The notes under the pieces are model-generated. The model worked only from the letters and a program-made list of their open reading frames with translations, had not been told where the DNA came from and searched no databases. 64,000 nt of DNA, taken from assembly GCA_040954595.2 (NCBI GenBank), contig CM082595.2, positions 3,767,943 through 3,831,942 of the forward strand. The letters run 5' to 3'. Positions 50,701-63,981 of this stretch are shown piece after piece. Both the position numbers and the translations under genes were made by a program. The stretch comes from Balanoglossus misakiensis. Lineage: Eukaryota; Animalia; Hemichordata. Positions within the stretch are counted from its first letter, which is position 1, and each line of letters opens with the position of its first letter.

Positions 50701-53700
50701 GCAAAAATATCAACATTTCAAGTACGTCATCAGCTGTCCTTTAAACAGAAAGAAACCGTGTTAAAAGCATTGTGACATTGTTAGCAGGCCTTAGTTGGAA
50801 CCCCGCACAGGCAAGCGTCAGCTGATGTGTTGTTACAGGAAAAGGGTTTGCCGTGTCACGAAAATGAAATGTGTCACGGTAAACTTATTCATCGCTTGAG
50901 ATTTGATTAGTTTATTAAATAAAGGACAAAGCAATGCTGTCAGCTGACGAGGCTTTGCTCTATATTCATGTTATTAAGTCAACTCCCCATGGAGTGTGGT
51001 AATTTCATTTTGGACATGTGTTGATCGCCACATATGACAAGCCACCAACTGAGTTATTCCTAATAAAAATTGAGTACACAGGCACTATCGCAACGACATT
51101 TAGATTTGTGAAATTTTTATTAGATTATGACCGTGCGGGACAACAGAATGCATTGCAAGAATGTTTCTCATCTGTCAAATTATTGTGATTCTGTAATGGA
51201 AAAAAATTGATGGCCACACTGTTAAATCTGATTTTGAGCTAAATTGAGTTATTCCCTGAAAAAATAACTTTGATCCACAATGGACACCACTGTAGCCTGA
51301 ATTTCTATATTTTTTTTGACGAATATCCTAAATGGAAAAAGAGTTATTGGGATACTCTGTGCCTATTGCTATGTCACAAAAATTGTTGATTTTGTTTCAA
51401 AATAGCCTTTGAGGTCTGTACATGTTGAATGAATTATGAAACAATTCCTGGTAAAATTACTTTTTCTTTGAACAAAAATAATTAAAGTTCATAAATGTTT
51501 CAATGGAAGACAAAATCCTAAATAATGAAGGATTTAAGGATGACTTGCTACAAATGCAATCATAGACAGCAGTTCAGGAGAGATCTCTGAAGATAATTAT
51601 GCCAGCCAAAGTTGGTTGAATGTATCATAGCAAACCTTCAATGTCTACCCAAAAGCAAACTCATTTCTGCTGTACTGCTAAGTCAAATATGTTTTTCACA
51701 TGTTTGCATGGCAACAGTTTTTCCCCAAAAAATCCTCCTCTAGTATAGGAAGTGGTTAATGGTCAATTCCTGCATGGGAACAGACCCTTGAACTTTACCA
51801 GAGGGTCTGTGATGAAACCTGATGATGGAGACATTTTAAATTCTGCTGGCAACCAAAGAACTTAGGGATGGACCAATTGTTGCAGGGTTGGTCCCAAATG
51901 AAAATATTTCCAGACTCCTCTCCAGTAGAAGTTTCCCACAATTGCCCTCACTATTCGATACAAACATTTGATGCCAGGAAATGGACTTGTCGTCAGCATT
52001 GGAAGCAGTGTGCGTTTGTGATTGGAGAAAGTTGTCCTAGTGTTTCCAATTTCATGCCTCAGCTACATGGTTGGCCAGTGGGAAATATTGCAAGTGCCGT
52101 TCATGTGCTCTACTTCTGCTGTTCTTTCACTCGCTGCACTTGTGAATATACTGCCACTGAATATACCACATCACTCATGAAAATAACTTCTGTATGACAC
52201 AGATCGCACAGAGGTCATGAAGTTCTGTTATAACATCATTGATATATGAATATCATATTACATATGAATTCTACTTTTCTGATGAATCGTGCAGAAATAT
52301 CTCTCTTATTAAACTAAAAATAGTAAGAAAGAACTTTGATTATGTCAGACAAATTCGTCTGATGATTGAAATTTTAAAGTTAACCCATATCATTCTAAAA
52401 CCAGGGCATTACATGCAGAATTTTATTTGAAGATGTCAAATGATATCATTAAACTAAATACTTATTGATATGAAAATGCCACAGTGGTAGATAATACTGT
52501 CTATCAAGCAACAAAATTGAACGAATTTTCTGGTGAAACTCGGCTCAAGGGAGTTGAAGAATTACAGGTAATCGCGCATCAGATCTAACAAGCGAAATCC
52601 TCTTTGATACTGTAGGATCCAATCCTGCCCACATGTGGTCGTTTACATCTGTGTACCAACTGGCTCAGAAATGTCTGGGTTACAGACTCACACGTCGCAT
52701 TCAGAGAGATATTCTCCAAATGAATCTTGACTGCATCTCTTTGAAATCCTGAATCACGAATCTCTTCAAACGAGGACCTTTATTTCCATAGTGATGTGTG
52801 GCGTGGTCTGTTCCCAAATCTGCCGGACCATTTGGGATCAGAAATACGCCGGCATTATGATTTTAATTCCGGCAAACTAGGAACACCTGTGGAACTATTC
52901 AGTGCCAGCCAGATTATTCTGCGATTTTGTAGAGCTGACTTGATGAGGTCCGTGTCTCAGAGCAAGTAAGCCGGGGAAACATGTTACATTCATGAGACGA
53001 AGGATACAATATATGCTTTCAAGGAAAAAAAGACAGTAATGCAAATTTATCGTCATCCATGTCATGATTTTCACTTCGCAGAATCAAGTAGTGAATTTGT
53101 GGACTATGTTTAATACTAGATTGTGTGTCTTATTCAAATCGCTTTGTACTGTGAACCAATTGATGTGATAAAAAAACCACAAGCAGCAATGCTATTGAAA
53201 TCAGTGGCGTAGAAGACATTGCTGATGTACTTCACACTTTGCCCGGCAAACTATGTACGCAATTCTTGTTCAAGAGGTATAGTCAGTCTTTGATTTCTCC
53301 GATTTGTTCTAGGCGAAGTCAATCAAAATTTTACGAAAGATGTGACTAGACTTTTTACATGTACAAGTCAAATACAGACATGTCTACAATGGAAAACAAA
53401 GTGGTGTGGAATCACTTTGAAACAAAGTGGATCTGCTCAGTCCCTCATTCATAATTGACAATCATGCATAATACATGCTGCATGAGTAAATTAAAGGCTT
53501 TGTCATGGTCTGTTAATATAGCAACAGTCAATTTCCTGATGACGGAAATAACCACGTTTTTATTGCACTGTCTTTAACAGTCACATACCCTGTTACTCTG
53601 TGGACATTGATATCATTTTTACCTCAGGAATATCAGAAAAGCTCACAGTGAAATAATTCACTGTATATGTACAATGTCACAGGGCTTTAGTAGACTTGCA

Positions 53701-56700
53701 TGCATAGAAGACACAGTCCCCTTGCTGGCTACTCACATGATTATTTGCTGTACGATGATCACTTATGTCATACTGTTGGGCAGATATTAGCATAGTTACC
53801 CTTGTATCAGGCGAGAGATTGATATATACCTGAAATATTCCACTGGATTCATGGAGAAAGTTACAAATATCAGTCACTACTGAGTGACTTGTAAATGCAT
53901 ATTAGAATGACACAAAACCCTCAGGGAACCTGCCCCATAGCTTCGAGGCATGCTCTCTGATATTAGTTAGGCTGTATTTGCTGACAGCTCTCATCAATTC
54001 TCGTCAGGGCATGATTCAAAGAGAAAGTTAGGGTTTGTGTACAGAATGATGAATTTTAAAAGCCTATCCCAGTAATTGATTTTTTGTATACAGGTATTCT
54101 GGCTGGTTCTGGATTTTTGTTGTTGCATACTCTCTGATATTTAGTTTTTGCTGGTTCATCCTCACTAACCGCATTCAATGTCATGTAGCATCTATTCAAT
54201 TAACAGATGCTTCACAGCGTTTTGCATTAAGCTGCAGTTGTTCTTTAGGTCACCAGATTCAATCAGCCAAGTGTGAAAAGAAAATCATTTATTTCCACAT
54301 AAACTGATCATTAGCAATTTAGAAATAAAGGAGACAGAAGTTAAAACATGATTTATATGTCGAATCGTGAAAGCCTATTGTGAAGGTGTACGTTAAGTAA
54401 CGGTGTGCCCGTCGAGAACTAATAGTCTTGCACTGTTGGTGGTAAAAATATCTTGTTTATACGTGTGTGTACGAGATAAATCAAAACTCAATAAAACTTG
54501 TCCCTATTCCTTTTAAATAAATGACGCTAAAAGTTATTTAATTGGACTTATTAAACTGCTAAAGCATCTTTGTCAACACAGCTTGTGGGAATGGTTAATT
54601 GAATGTTTAATGTTGGACAGAAGAGATACAGATGTTTACTAGAACAGGAAAACGTGATAAACATGTGAGAAATTGTGTATTACAGTATCCAGATTTTGGC
54701 ATTTTTAGTCCCTGTATCAACTTTGTACAAGGGTTGAGTATCTCAGTCATAGTATGGAACCTTAATTAATATTTTAATGTTGGTTGTATCAGTTACCGGA
54801 AATCCAAAGAACATACTGAGATGCTGATCCTAATCTTCATGAAGTTTGCATGAGTTGCATTATTTTTGCATGAGCAGGCATTGCCTGTACAATACTGGAT
54901 TTCCCCCTGGCTGAGAATAAAGTTCATGAGTTGCCATCTTTGTTACAAATAAAGTGGATTTTCCTCTCCAGGCAAAAGATGTGGTTTTCCTTTGTTGACT
55001 AGGTTTCCATTCATTCTCATCTCATCAAAAATGTACTGGTATCAAAATGATTCATAATGCCATGATTTTTGTATCTGAGGAATAAAGTTGATAACTTTTA
55101 GCATTGTGGTGGTTATTTCTGAATAACCTAGAAGTTATGTATGGGCCTTGTACGAGGTATCTTTTCATACGGGTATTTGCATGTTCACGCAAAATGTATG
55201 GGATGTGAATAGAGTTATCATTTGAACATTTTTGCATTCAAGTAGAAGCCCATATCTTATAGCGAACACAAATATCCCAGATACGGGTAATACCACAAGA
55301 GATGGACTATTTCTGTTTTCCTTTTTATACATAAACCCTTTCAACCTACTTCCTTCTGTGGAGGTCCAGCATTGCAATAGAAAACGGCGATGAACTGGTA
55401 ACAAAGTAATCAGTGCCTTTCGCGGAAACCACTAAAGGAATCTTTACGAGGGTCCCCAGTATCCACTGTCCACAACAACAGATTGATAACGTTGCTCACT
55501 CGAGAGATTACAGTTATACATATATATTTCATATGTTATCTGATACACAATGGCCGCACACAGCACATGATGTATTTATGCAACTTGAGTCGTGACTTGC
55601 ATTTTTAATAGATGGTACTTCTTGCCTGTAGGATGTATTAATAACCTGCTGAAAAGTAACCTCTCATTTTCCATTACCAACTAAGACAAATTTAGCAAGA
55701 AATGTCCTTTGAGGGGAAAGTCCTTGTGAAGTTGACGTAAATAAATTCTACTTGGATGTTGAGAAATAATTATGGAAATACTTTTCTTTATAATGTTTTA
55801 CCTTTAATGCTGCCCACACTGTTAAGGGAACATGTAAATTTAATTAGTACGAGTCTCATGCATTCTTTAGTCTGCTATAGCTACCTCAACATTGTATACC
55901 ATGTACCTCAACAAAATTCTGATCTGCTATTTGTAAACTGTAATGGTTCCAGTCTAAGTTGAGTGTGTATGTATAAAAAATATCATATCATTTTGTTGCT
56001 GTACTTCAGCTGGTAGATGTTTCTTGTGACACTGGTGTGGAAAGTACATACAGCTAGTCAGCTGACATTCGATGGTTTTGATATCAGTACTTTTTGTAAG
56101 CACGTATTTTGTTAAAATGCGGGTATCATGATTACAGAAAATGAAACTTTGACGCCAGAAGCGTCAACAACTGCAGGGATGATTTTCAGTTTTGATTTGA
56201 ACGGGAGTTCTTTGTGCAATAGCCTGTGAAATTTGCTGACACAATGTTTGTATTGAAAATGCATTTTTGTGTAGTAGCCTGTGAAATGCCTGCCATTAAA
56301 ATTCACTGCTACTGAAAAGATAGCTTTTACAATCTCCGTGCACTTTAAAACTTTTTTAGATCACTAGCTTTCCAAATGTATGGTGAAATTAAACAGGCAT
56401 TTTAAAAAGTGTCAGTTAAAGTGAAAATATTGCATTTCAAGCTCACGATTTTGTATGCTGTCATCGTTATTTGAGTGTGTGGGCCCTGATAAGACCCCTC
56501 ATGTCACAGTTTAAGAGCCTGTAGTCAGTGTGTCTCACGCTATAAGGAACTTTGTATCCTTTCAGCGTTGGGAATAATGGCCCGTCTGTGCCACAGGCAG
56601 TTTCGTGTGATGACAAGGAGTGGTTTATTATCGCTTCTAATGATAACTGCAGCTTGGCTGCGTCTGCGCTACATTGTAACAATTTCTTTCAAAGAATACG

Positions 56701-59700
56701 AACAGTTCTTGTCAATGGGTGGTGGAATGCTGTTTGCTTTCATCGCACCCGTCTATTGAGAAGAATCGGCCATCTTTCTGTGAGCCCTTCTCATCTCGCG
56801 ATGTCAGAGTCCCCCCTCACCCCCACAGGCATGTACAACATAGCCACTACTCGGCGTATCAAATTACCGTACATGTGCCCCTGAGCTGCCTTGTTAGCAT
56901 CACCAAACAAGCGATAATCAATAGCAGTGTGTAAATATTAATATCAACCCGTAATACGCATGAAATTGCAGATATCGCCGTGCTAATTGCCAATTACAGT
57001 CAAATGCTTTTGGAAAGTGGGTATAAAATTCGTCTTTCAAATGAATTATCTCTGGCTTTAATACATCAAACTGACAAATTAAAAACCTCAAGAAATATTC
57101 TTTAATCATGTATTTTATAATTCAGATTTTTCGCATAAAGCTGACTAAATTTCTTGAATGCAGTATTATGACATAGAAAGGCTCTATCGTGCCTGCAATA
57201 TCAAGCCTGCTTTTGTCCGTGTTTCAATAAATTCCATCAGCAACTTTCAGCAGTTTAGAGCGTTTTTATTAAAAGGCATAATAAAAAATCTAATTATGTG
57301 AAAGGCTTTGTTTTCAAACGACATTTTTTCACTGATGAATAAGTACCATATGGTCCTTGCAAAGTTGTTACCATAGTGTAATACTTGGTCAATATTCAGC
57401 ATTTTATACAACCAGAAATTTGGAAACACAACACATTAGCAGTTGTTTAAGTGTCGTATTCTCAACCTTTTCACTCATAAAAGAATTAACTAGTTGGTTG
57501 GTCAGAGAAAACAAAGATAAAGCAAAAGAAATTCATTTGATCAACTCACTGTAGATTGTAAGCATGTTAACCATATGTACCGGTAGCCTTGCATTGTATG
57601 TCAATAATACCAGCGCCATATTTTAGTCCACTATGCATTGATTGGCACCTGCCAATATCTAGGACTTTGTTTGAAGGAAAAAAAGGGTTATTCGCTTATT
57701 AAAAATGTTAGCGATCTAAAAAAGTAAAATTATGTTGATAAGAAAAGTTGCCTTGCATAGTGTTAAGATGTTAGGTCAGACCTTGCATGCGTTTAGCTTT
57801 ACATTCTAGATGTGAAAGTACACTTATAAAATCCATAACCTTTTCAACGAGAAATGAACTGATTTATTAAATGTTAAATGTGTTCTTTGTGCGCCATGTC
57901 CAATGACTTAGGATAAATTAAGAGATGTAACGAACACTGATGGTAATTCATCAGATATTGCCTGTCAAAGTGAGCTGATATCGCAAGAAATACACAGCGT
58001 GTAGTCTGTGTAGAAGCTATACGTCTCCACTTGTTTGTCCTGTCTGCAAAACTACATGATCAAAAAGTAACTGTGCTGTCCTACTACAATTTTATTCTCA
58101 TAGAAACAACATACATCATTAGTTTATTTGCGTGACAATATAACTGATTGTTAGATAATGAGCGTCTATTGTTTTCTCAAAATTAAAAAGTATTGGCTGA
58201 TATTATTAACTATATCGACCATATAGGCTGTTTAGCAATTAAATTGACAACCATAGTGTTCATCCAGGTACTACTGCAGTAGGGTAGGTGTATTAAGAGG
58301 TAGCTGTGATCGCCACAAGACAGTTTTCTGTCACCATATGTGATATTGATTAGGACAGAAAGATGCATCTGGTATTTTCTATCTCAGCTTGCATTACGTA
58401 TTAGTATTGTTAGTGCTTTGTACCAGGCATGACAGAGCAATAATAGTAAGGTGGATTGTTCAATCACGATGGTCAGATCTTTGTACTTCAATAACTCTAG
58501 ACGTCTGATATGATACGCATACAAGTATTCCAGACATGTCAACAATCATTCCAATATCAAGTGGTAGTGAAGGAGAGATCTGTCAGAACTCGTCTAAGTG
58601 CGGTTGCGGTTTGTACATGTCAGCTCGGAATGCGAAGCGACAGCCTTATTTCAAAGACTTCAAAGCAAAGGATCATCATTGCAGCAAAGGGATTAGGCTG
58701 TGCCTCAATAGAAATACAAAGCACACCAAGTTTAGACATCTCGAGTAGTCAATTGTGTGGTGTGCATTGTGGCAATGTATTTCACTGGGAGAGCACCTTT
58801 AGTTAAATCGATCATTAAGTGCAATTATTTTGTTTTTAAGTAATCCAAAAGCTTATATCAATATAAAATTGACATCTAACCGGTTGGCAAGCATTCTGAA
58901 GAGAATTTTCCCATCGAAAAAAACAGAGATGTCGTCACATGTAAAAGAAGGACCCAAGAACTTGTTTTTGCTTATAAATAATTAGAATGCATGATATCTG
59001 TGCCGTCATTTTTCTGCCAAGGACCAGGGTTGCTGCAGTGATGTTAATCTGCCGAGATAACCTGGTCAGCCGGCCTTTGTTGGTGCCAACAAAAGTGTAC
59101 AGTTATATACCCAAGATGGCCCTGTCTGTCATTCAGGGATCACTGCATCAATTTGGATTATTTTAACAAAACAGTTGTGTATTCAGGCGCCAAACAGAAC
59201 TAAACCGTAAGGTTTGAACTGGAATTCAGATTGTCTTGTAAAGAATTGCACGTGAAGGTTTGAAATCCTGTTGTCGATCGACTGACACCGTGTGTGCTTG
59301 GAAATTTAAAATGCATAAAGCATCAAGTATTTTAAATGTGTCGGAAGGGTGGTCATGTACACGCCCCGGATGCCACCCCCTGGGTTTGGATGCACTGTGG
59401 TCTGGTCCCATTGTTTCCAGGGCAAAGGTGAACTCATTATTTGGTTAAACAGGGGAGAGAGGCTAGGTCTCAGAGTTATACAGATCGACTTGTACACTTA
59501 AACAGTATTTGAAGTCTTTATAGTAGAATATGATCGTACTATCAGTACTGTTGTTTGACGTTAGGCCTGTCAACACCTCCTTCCCAATATTTGCAATCAT
59601 TAAAACATGCCGTTGATAAACATACAGTCAATGCCCAGTTACCAACTTTTGGCATTAGTGGCGTCAACACCCCTTCTCAATATTTTGCAGTCCCCCATAT

Positions 59701-62700
59701 TATGGACTCATGGGCTGGCCAGCATGTAAAGCTCTTTAAGAAACAGAGCTGTTTGGAAACCCGTTCTTTTATGGCGTTAAACTTCGAGGTACAATGTACC
59801 TTTGTTGTGCATATGTGTTTGTGTTTATCAAAACAAGTTCAAGCTGTTGATGAGCTCTTAATCATGTATGGACACACACACACACCTCGCCATGAAATAC
59901 GGTTATAAATGAGCGAACGTAAAAAAAAACATTCTTAGATGCTGGGCGTGATCGCATGAGGATGTCATACGTCGAAGCGCGTGGCAGACCATTAACAAAG
60001 CACAGCACATCATTCGATGACGCACGTCTCAGAAGCTTTGTATCAACCTGGGCTTTCATCGCTGACTAAAAAAATGACACGCCCAACATTTGAGGGCATT
60101 TTCGTGTCATAAAACTCGGTGCCTATATATTCCTGTTGGAATTGTTCTATCACTCATTAATCGCACAGCCATTTGATTCATTTGATGATTGTCCACCAGA
60201 CCCTATCTGTGGTGACCTTCTTCATGACGCAGCTGTGGTGATCAAAAACCTATAGCTATTCTTGTGGTTCTGCTCAGATTGGCATTAGTGCAATAATACA
60301 GACCAGAAGCACTGCACCTGGCTGTATTGTCACCTGAGTTTTATTGCTTGTAAAACTCAGCGAATTTTACTACCAGGCGTTTTCTTTCCACACCTAAAGT
60401 GAAGAAAAGATTTAAGGGGATGCGCTTTATCTTTTGATCATTTTTCACCATGCGTGTGCTATCTGAGAAAATGTGTGCTATCTGACATTTTCTCGTTCAA
60501 CCCCCAAAGACCACTTAGCAACGATATCGCCCAGTTCTTATGTAACGTTCATTGTTATTGTTGATATCAGGTTGTCAATGACAATGATATGTACACAGAT
60601 ACAGTCAGTATTGACTCTGTGATATGTGAAAAAGATATCAAAATTTACAGCTGCTCTGTAGGGATGTTGTATCTCTTCCAAGAGAAGAGAGATCATAGTT
60701 TGAAATTTCTTATCAGAAATTACCAAATTCGCTCTGGGTACATAAAACAGTTTAAAATAGCTTCTTACATAGAAGTAAGAAAAATGAAGTAACATGTAAA
60801 GATCACAACCCAGGTTCTTTCATCAGCTAGGCAATGAGTACACGTAACACTGATTAAAGTCTGTCGGCAGTATACTGATGTCTGAGCATATTGTGAAAGT
60901 TTTGGTGGACCGACGTCTGAACGAGCACGAAAGACGTGCCGACTGAGCAATTACGCAAGGTTCTTCTGTGTGTGTTATTTGTGTCAGGAGTGTTTCATCT
61001 TGTTCCGCCAGTGGGCAGATATGTCTGGTATTAATACCCTAGTTTTCCCTCGAGAAGCAAGATTTCAAACTTTCATTCCGTGTACTAAGAAGATTCTTGT
61101 CTACTTTATGGTGAAGTACATTAAAAATATCTGTTTGTCAACATCTATGTGTAATGATCATAGTTATTGTTGACTAATGAAGTCATGTCTGGACTTGAAT
61201 TCGGTTTTCAGCAATAACAGTGCTGACAGTATTGATAAGTGAACTACTAAGCAGAAAGTTCCCACGAGATATTTGCAGCTGATATTGAGAGCAGAATTCC
61301 TAAAACAAAGGCCATATCATAGCTATTGAATCAAGCTTTCATTAAAGTTTCATTGACAAGTCAAATTAATGCGCTTTTCATGGCCCAGATCCTAGCAGTC
61401 ACCATAGTAACCACTCAATCTCAGTTTGATGGAATCTTTACTGACATTTTTCGTAACATCATCATTATTCAGCATATTGCTGTTTGAGCTCAGAGAGCCT
61501 GTTTGAAGGAATTCCAATCAGATTTCAGGCAGTATTAGCAATCTATATGAGATACCGCAGTACGTCCTTCACAGAATTACCTAATATGTTTGAAACACAC
61601 ACGATACACGCCCGCTGGCACCAAGGTCTGAAAGAGAAGACTAAGCGAGTCTTCAATTAAGAAGATGCTCATGTGATCAAGTAAATAGAGATTTCAAATC
61701 AAACCAAGGGTCTGTACATCTTATCTCTGTGTAATCCCTCTTACAAGACCACAGGCAGATACATCTGAATGCTATTGAAAAAGTTGGGTGGATTACAGAT
61801 TTGTATTTGATGCGAGGGTTGTCGTATTGCTTTGTGAGTAATGCCGTGTGTAAGCTAAAAACGTTGACCACTTTATACAAAAATCTATCTACTGACCGAA
61901 GGCTCAAAATGTACTTTCAAATTGTCTTCTACAATGGGATTAATTGTGTTTTTCTTGGTGAATTAATTTTTAAAACAGAGTAGAAGCTATCAAGAATTCA
62001 GCGCTATAAATTTTCCATTGAAATCAAAGATCCGTCAAAAAACACTGAAGGGAATAATCAGACGATTTGCGTGTTAAACGTGAAAATAATCCTGAGTTCA
62101 CAGAACATGTAAGTCTGGAGGGTGTTGAACTGTGACCTCTCGTATTTCATTCCAGGCGCATAGATTGCATGCATGTCAGTAATTTGCACAGCGGTGCAAC
62201 AGTGTGTTGTCAGAGAGATTTCATGAATCTAAGTCTACCCCGGGGAAATAACAGTTGTTCAAGAGGTCATTTGAAAAACAATTTGGGATTTTTGTTCCTT
62301 TTGGCATCTGTTTGCTTCTACTTCTGACTTCAGACAGTTTTAGCAAACGAGAGCGATACGCTCAAGTCAACAAACAAGAAAGATGAAGAGAGTGCACAAT
62401 TTCATTTACAGTGACACTTACAGTGTAGTCTGCTCATTTCCGACATCGTCACAGATGTGGAAAATAGCCATGCAATGAAATTGACCATTCCCTAAATATC
62501 TTTACATTTCTGTTTTTCAAGCCGTGTTCAAGTATATTACTTGCTGTTCCTCATGACTGCATGTTTAAATTTCAAGATGTGTGGACAATGGAAGAACTGA
62601 TGAAAATTTCTCTAGCAATAGCTCTGGTGAATTTGATATTTACATCCCCACAAATCATACTTATATGGTACAAATGTATATGCAAGTAAGCATTTCCTAC

Positions 62701-63224
62701 AAGAAGACGGTATTAAGTTTGACAATTGTTTTTTTTAAAAAGTGTTGATGGGAGAAATCACGTAGATCGAGAAAGAATTCTCAAATTACGGATGCAAGTC
62801 GTGTTCGCACAAGGTTGGCCGGGAAAGACTTCACATCAATCTCTGTTCCCGCTGGCAGATTAAATTTGCATTTCAGGGACGCTTTCACAACCTGTTTTAC
62901 ACCTCGCAGAGAGTAAATAACGAGTCCATTGCTTTTTAAACTGCCAAACAGTCTTATGTTCACATGGTGGATCAGCACTGACATTGCTTGCCTAAGTGCT
63001 TTCAAAACACACCTCATCAATTAGTGGATCGCTCTGCCCGAACTCTGGGTGGCGCTATTTGTAATGTTTGTATCTGGCAACATACTTCATAATTATGCGT
63101 GCAATCTGTGATTTTCATCTATTAAGAGTCAGTGTCTCAAATTTTAGAAAGTTGAATTTACACCCTTTTGTGATTAATGGAAATGTTCATTATCGAGAGT
63201 AAAATGGAGGTACTATCTTTACAG

Positions 63225-63273
63225 ATTCTTCAGCTACACAATTAGGATTTGATTTGGCAGCAATGGAAACTAG
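63225..63273 (+). CDS. PDE9A: PDE9-like phosphodiesterase, coding exon 3
   Basis: Acceptor TATCTTTACAG, 49 nt, phase 1-2, donor AG|GTGAGA; (N)SSATQLGFDLAAMET(R). Confidence 0.85.
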
Positions 63274-63389
63274 GTGAGAAATCTTTTACCTTCCTTTTCT
63301 TGTGCAAGTTACGGTATAAGTCGTTTCACATCATATGGATGTAAAAAAATGTTTACTTGATTTAACAACTTTTCATGTTTCTCTCGAAG

Positions 63390-63492
63390 GTTACAACACA
63401 TGGAGAAAAAAGTCGTCACTGAAGGCGGAGAAACTCCTTCCATTGTTTATGAACTTAGAAATAAAGTTGAACAATTCAGGGAAAAATTAGAG
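63390..63492 (+). CDS. PDE9A: PDE9-like phosphodiesterase, coding exon 4 (coiled-coil region)
   Basis: Acceptor TTTCTCTCGAAG, 103 nt, phase 2-0, donor GAG|GTAAAG. Encodes (R)LQHMEKKVVTEGGETPSIVYELRNKVEQFREKLE, heptad-like as in the PDE9 RL..LEK+V coiled coil. Confidence 0.9.
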
Positions 63493-63570
63493 GTAAAGTA
63501 ACAGTTGTGGTTACGTCAACTTTTAGACTGTACTACTATTATGTCCTCCTATGAGCTTGCTTGATTATAA

Positions 63571-63647
63571 ATGTATAATGGACTTTGTGAATATATAATG
63601 AACTTTGTGAATATATAATGAACTTTGTGAATAAATAATTAACTTTG
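63571..63647. repeat. Tandem repeat, ~4 x 20 bp (ATATATAATGAACTTTGTGA) in intron 4
   Basis: Direct reading; units at 63571, 63591, 63611 and 63631. Confidence 0.9.
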
Positions 63648-63673
63648 CTCTTGCTCTGTCTCATATTCCCCAG

Positions 63674-63810
63674 ACTGTTGAACATTTAAGTTGGCTGGGA
63701 CTTTTCAAAGAAATTCCATGTGAAAATTCACCACCATTTTACACAAATAAAAAACTTAGAAAAACTCCAGAAGAAGAGAGGCGGGTATGGGAAAAGTTTA
63801 GAAAAATTAG
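63674..63810 (+). CDS. PDE9A: PDE9-like phosphodiesterase, coding exon 5
   Basis: Acceptor TCTCATATTCCCCAG, 137 nt, phase 0-2, donor AG|GTGAGT; TVEHLSWLGLFKEIPCENSPPFYTNKKLRKTPEEERRVWEKFRKI(S). Confidence 0.88.
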
Positions 63811-63981
63811 GTGAGTATTACGAATCATTGAAAATAACTAAAGTCAAACCTGTGTTAGTGGCCACTTTGTTACAGTCCCTGTGCAGTTTACATGTACATC
63901 ATGATCAGAAGATCTGTCAAACTTTCTATTGCTGGTACTTTTGATTGTTTACTACACTTTAACCTGTTGTATTTTTTACAG

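Noticed and set aside
52485-52567. Cryptic exon ending GAAGAATTACAG|GTAATC in intron 2
   Set aside because: No polypyrimidine tract at the acceptor, and phase 1-0 would frameshift exon 3.
56552-56934. Overlapping ORFs in a GC-richer patch of intron 2
   Set aside because: No recognisable protein and no compatible splice pair; more likely enhancer-type or neutral sequence.
58536-58748. 70-aa ORF MSTIIPISSG... as an alternative first exon
   Set aside because: No convincing phase-1 donor to join exon 3 and no homology.
63041-63058. CTCF-like motif CTCTGGGTGGCGCTA (also near 6636)
   Set aside because: Partial match only; needs PWM scoring or ChIP data.
646-63944. The 60-168 aa ORFs in the supplied six-frame track as standalone genes
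   Set aside because: They are short, often start at TTG/GTG, have random-like composition and no recognisable domains, as expected by chance in intronic DNA. The real PDE9 exons lie in other frames; only the 3316-3564 ORF overlaps a real-looking exon in frame.
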